Below are positions 59,241-64,000 of a stretch of DNA of 64,000 nt, piece after piece. The stretch is from positions 372,001-436,000 of the forward strand of contig CDRNST010000022.1 of the NCBI GenBank assembly GCA_977016875.1, given 5' to 3'. Made by a program: the position numbers and the translations under genes. Within the stretch, counting starts at the first letter, position 1. Every line of letters begins with the position of its first letter. This stretch comes from Pavona decussata (taxonomy: Eukaryota). Under the pieces are notes generated by a model. The model did no database searches. It worked only from the letters and a program-made list of their open reading frames with translations, and was not told where the DNA came from.

Positions 59241-60820
59241 CTGGAATCTAAGGGCTACAGGTCTGTAGGTCATTACAGACTGTTTAGTGTCACCCTAGTT
59301 AAACAAAGTTGATTGATTGCCTTATGTATGTTTATTGTCCTCAGGCTCTTTGTCCAGCAGTCAGTCTCCTGGAGAGACTTAAAATGTTTTGGATTGCCTT
59401 CCTTGTTAATGGCTCTGTGTTTCACTTGCACTTATTTACTGCAGGATTTCTGTGGTGAAAAAAAATGAGTATCCAGGGCTGAGTCTCTCTGGGCAACCAA
59501 CTGTGGGCAAAGAGCCTGAGGGCTTTGGTGTGGGACTGCTTTACACCAAGTTAAAAGCTTACCAGTAATTCTCTGCCCCATACATCAACTGACCATGGCA
59601 AAGAACAAAACACGTTCCTCATTTCTGCTTATGACTCACTAGGCAAAACTTATTTTGTACACCCATTGTTGGAACTGGTGAAAATCTCCTTGTATGCCTA
59701 CTACTGCTATAGCCATTTTTACGAATAGTTTTGATGACCAGGAAGAGTGACTTAAGACATTGATTTAATAATTCAGTAATTAAATTTGCTCATGGTTTTG
59801 TGAAAATTTTCAACAATCACCTAGTGTACCCCTTCATACAGCAAAATCTGAAAATTGCCACTGATCACTGGTGATAATTTCACCACCCTCAGCATAGACA
59901 TTAATTTTGTCTGGCACAATTTCAAAGACATTACGAAATCGCGCCCATTGAAACACGTCGCTCGTAAATGCAAATGAGCTTCATTTTGGACGTCAATCAC
60001 AACAGTCTTTTGTGTATGGTATTGTTAAAGTGACAATTCGCAGAACGCATCTATTCATTGAAACACAATAGAAAAATAACGCAACACAAAAGAACGAAAG
60101 GTGAAGTTTATCAGTGGAAGTTTCGTGACTAAACTAAAATAAATAAAAAATTGCCCTGCACTATCAAGGAAGCGATGTTTTGTAGGTTATTCGATGACAA
60201 ACGACAGTTCCCAATAAGAATGGGCATTATGTATGCTATCATTGCGATAAAAAAGGAGGAAAACAGATAATCACTGTCTCCAGTGAAATGAAAGTAATTT
60301 GCATAATCGAGCAGCACGGCAGAATCAAGCAAATGTAATTTTCAATCAACGAAGCGTTTTTTACGGCAATATACTGTGATCCCAAATCAACCACATTCGA
60401 TGTTAGAACTTTTATAGGTTCCTTTCAAAGGGCGCTGCTACCGTTTCCTTTTGTAAACTCCTTCGTGTGCAAACAAATAAACTAACACTCTTGAGGATTC
60501 ATGCTGCGAGACCAAAGATACCACCACTAGCGGCACGCTTTGTAATGCTCGCAAAGCATCATGGTACCCCACTTTTATTGAGGGACGTGTTTCAATGGGC
60601 GCGATTTCGTAAAGGCTTTTCATCTTCAATACACTGCGAAGCAGTTAGGCTTCGTCACTAACAGGAAATAGAATTTCCCATGTTACCATTGCAAGAAGAG
60701 CCTTCAAAATCAACAAGGAGTCAGTTCATTGTTAAATAAACAATTATTATGGTAGTCTTTATTGCTTTTGAAGCTTTTCTGTTTTGTTTCTTATTTTGCT
60801 TTCACAATTTTGTTTTCTAG

Positions 60821-63707
60821 GAAGATGTTTTGTTTCCCTCTCCCAGACCTGGGGTTTCTATAAGGTAAGTAAAAAAGAATCCAGCCTTCAAAGTAGGTTT
60901 ACTTGCTTACAACCTTACTGCCTACCTTATTGTGGGATTATGATTGGTAACAATACAGCAAACACCCGCATATAAGAACAAGCGGATTTAAACAACCTTC
61001 AGGCTGAAATTCGTCCTTTTAGACACCTGTTTTATAAGAACCTTACAATGAATATATGAAGATTTATTCAGACTGACCTTGAAACAAGTAGGTTCTTAAA
61101 TGTGGATGTTTACTCTATGCAATTGCTGCTGATTTAAGCAGAAATTTGTGAGGGATAAAAAATAGTCTCTGCATAGGAAGTTAGTTTTACCAGGAGGTCA
61201 CAAGACAGGTGTCAAATCATGTTAAATTTAGCCAAGTTTGATTTCCAGTTATGATACATTCAATGTGTGTGCATTTGGTTGCTATCTTTTGATTTTGTTT
61301 TATTGATTGTGAAATGATTGTGGTATTAACTCTTTCAGGTCGTATTTACTGCCACCCACACCATCATCAGGTCCTGCATCGCCTTCCATTAGTGAAGAAA
61401 GTGGCGCCAGTGAGGAAGACATGGCTAATGAGAAGGGATCAACCATAGATGATAGCAATGAGGAAATCAAGAAAGGTAAATACAATAGGTTCCCCTCTTT
61501 TAACCCTTTAAGCCTTAACATTGATCAGCATCCCATCTCTCCTTAAAATATCAGTACAGTCAACTCTCGTTATAGCGGACACCCTCGAAAAGTCATTTAG
61601 TGTCCGTAATAGCGGGGTTTGGGATCAACAGAGGTGGTGGCCTGGGGCTTGAGATTCCAGTGATGTATGAGTTACATGGCGTCCCAAATATCTTGTAAAA
61701 CTTGACAAGCTTATCAACAGTAGCGAATCTGCTAAGCAGTCATTGGGAATGGAGGTGAGGGCTTGGTCTCTCCTAAAGAGTCTGGAAGGAAAAGGCAAAA
61801 GCTAACACAGAGTCTGTTGTACAGCCACTAAAGAGATTGGTACGAAAATAAACATTCCAGAAATCTTTTGAAGTGTGTTTTGACAAATGATGAACATCAG
61901 ACTGCAATATTTATGTTACATGCAAAATTCATGGTGTCCGCTTTATCGAGAGACAAAACGATAAAATTATTATGTTTGTACCACAAAAGTGTCTGTAATT
62001 CTGTAATGTGCAGTTCCAGAAAAAATCCATACCCACCCCAAGGAAGGTCATTGGAAATTCCTAGGGGGAGGGGGGTCTTAAAAGTCAAAATTTTAGAAGC
62101 AATATATGAAGCTAAACTGGAATTTCCTGGGGGGAGGGAGGGTGCAACACAAAAAACCTTCCGTGGGGGGAGTATGGATATTTTCTGGAACTGCACAATA
62201 TAGCAGGAGTCAGTTTCAGTCAAACCCGTACAGCTTTCACCTGGGATCTAGATTTTGTCCATAATAGCGGGATGTCCGCAACGCAAGAGTTGACTGTAGT
62301 TGTTTTAAACAAGTACATCATAAGAATAAAGGAAATTATCACCAAAGGTTGTTGCTACTGAAGGCTTTTAGAGTTACCTAGAACACTTTTGGAGCTGTTT
62401 ACAGTGATTTACTCCTGGTTACAGAATCTTGATCTCTTGGTTTCTTCAACAAATTTTTGCATTCAGTACCCATAACTTTTGTAAAGAAATACCCCTGGAC
62501 CCCAGACATTATAGGTACCATACCACCTTTTAACAGGCCTGTACAATTTTTTGCCTTCCGTGTAAACAGCCTATAAATGTCTCTAAAGGCAGGTACCATG
62601 TTCAGAGTAAATAGTGCGGTAACCCGGGTCCAACCTTGTAATAAAACCCCTTGAAGTATTGTTATCAGTGATGAATACCCTTGACACAGTTTTAATGAGA
62701 ATTTCAAAGTCCTCAGCCTGAGGGAGTATTTTTTGAGAATTAAAGTGAGAAGATTAAAACTTAATACAAGTTGTATTTGTTTTGTCTTTTTTCAGATCCT
62801 GGTGTTCCAAAGCAGCCTCAAAGGTGTGCGGTTTGTGGACTGAGAGTGTACAAATCATACCGTTTTGTCAACCGAACCAGTGCACCTCCACACCTAAAGA
62901 GCTTTGTCACCCCAGACAATGACCGCATTAGGGTGTGCAAACGATGCTTCAGCTCCCGAGAGCGCTGCCGAGAAAACCTGGCCCTTGTTCTGCTGCGATC
63001 CAAGACGAGCCAGATGATCCACGTGCGCACTCCCCTTGGTGTAACATACAACCGTGCAACCAAAGGTATTGATTACGTCGCACGAGATCTGAGGAAAAAT
63101 TTGAAGAGGCCTTATGAAGACTTGCTGTGTGACGAAACAATGGCTGATGAAGATGAAATGGAGGTTGATGATGAGAGGTTCTTGTTGAATGGCGACACAG
63201 CTAAGAACCAGGATACAATGCCCAAACATTTAGCGGCAGAAAAAGGGAATGCTAAACAAGAAAGAGTTTTGCCAACATCTGCCCAATTAAAGAATGTTGG
63301 CATTGTGACTGTGGTGAAACAGCAAAGTGGAAAATTCACCTCAACGTCAAATTGTTTTACAATCTATGGAGAAGTTGGTACCTTGAAGGTTCATGAGACT
63401 GTTACAGCTGCTAAAGTTGGTGAACAGAGCATAGATGGACCTGCTATAGACGTCACTGAAAATCTTAAGAAACTTGTGGATCAAAGTAGTTCCTTGCCTT
63501 CAGCTGTGAACAACACAACGAGTTCAGAGATTAATAATATAAACAATAAGCTGACGTTCTTGGACCATGCATACGCTCTACCACCCCCCAAGGGCAAGGT
63601 GTCACCAGTTGCCAGGAATCAAACTGTCAGTAAGATAAAGTCACCTGTCTCCAAGGTGGCCAAACCAACAAACACATTGACAAAACAACAGCCACAGAAG
63701 AAAACAG
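60821..63707 (+). CDS. Partial gene for an uncharacterised, probably nuclear protein with a C-x2-C...C-x2-C zinc finger and an HCF-1-binding-like motif
   Basis: Phase-consistent exons 60821-60864, 61339-61475 and 62796-63707 (CAVCGLRVYKSYRF...VCKRCF; LDHAYA). The gene continues beyond the window. Candidate upstream exons in the CpG-rich 55.1-57.9 kb region (e.g. 57213-57280 MALSRHEKMKRARAACAKKKNK) could not be joined confidently. Confidence 0.65.
61557..62296. mobile_element. Tc1/mariner-like MITE with a nested second MITE (62008-62197)
   Basis: Outer: TA-cagtcaactctcgttatagcggacac / tgtccgcaacgcaagagttgactg-TA. Inner: tgtgcagttccagaaaaaatccatac / gtatggatattttctggaactgcaca, a family also present at ~12474-12676. 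Confidence 0.75.
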
Positions 63708-64000
63708 GTGTGTATTAAAACAATTACTTTGTAATATTTCAAACTAGATATCCACTGCTATTGAAAAATTAGCCTGCATAGCAAGCGTTTCCATGGGATT
63801 CTGTGCCTTTCTGCTCTTCTGTTTGAGCTCCACTCCCCCTCCCACCAGGGAGACACTTAGGTCTGTTAGTAACAGGGAAGAGCGAGTCCTACTGAGTTTG
63901 AAAATAGCAATTGCCAATTTTTTTTTTTTTTTTTTTTTGGTGGGGGGGGGGGGGGGGGGAGCGGAGTGGGGGGTAGAAATTTTCTGGTGGACTTTCCGGA

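Overview
AT-rich, intron-rich animal genomic DNA. The repeat families and gene content suggest a stony coral or other anthozoan (inference). Exons were assembled by hand from GT-AG sites and phase continuity. From left to right the window holds: (1) a 10-exon RRM2 on the minus strand, head-to-head with NDUFS5 on the plus strand. (2) A ~34 kb, ~22-exon minus-strand gene for a type II membrane-anchored thrombospondin-superfamily protein (TM, 3 Sushi, EGF, type-3 repeats, TSP C-terminal, then a LamG domain split by an inserted MAM domain). Its first exon is tandemly duplicated. Its introns hold an antisense TIR-like gene and an apparently intact Ngaro/DIRS tyrosine-recombinase retrotransposon with split direct repeats. 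(3) An intronless, decayed NLR gene whose N-terminus is a four-TM connexin-like domain fused to NACHT and LRRs, interrupted by a near-perfect 459-bp palindromic transposon. (4) Part of a zinc-finger/HCF-binding-motif gene at the right end. Many MITEs, SINEs, Penelope/LINE remnants and minimal hammerhead-like motifs are interspersed. The most striking candidate system is the connexin-like-NACHT-LRR architecture, a possible channel-forming immune receptor in a lineage not thought to have connexins.
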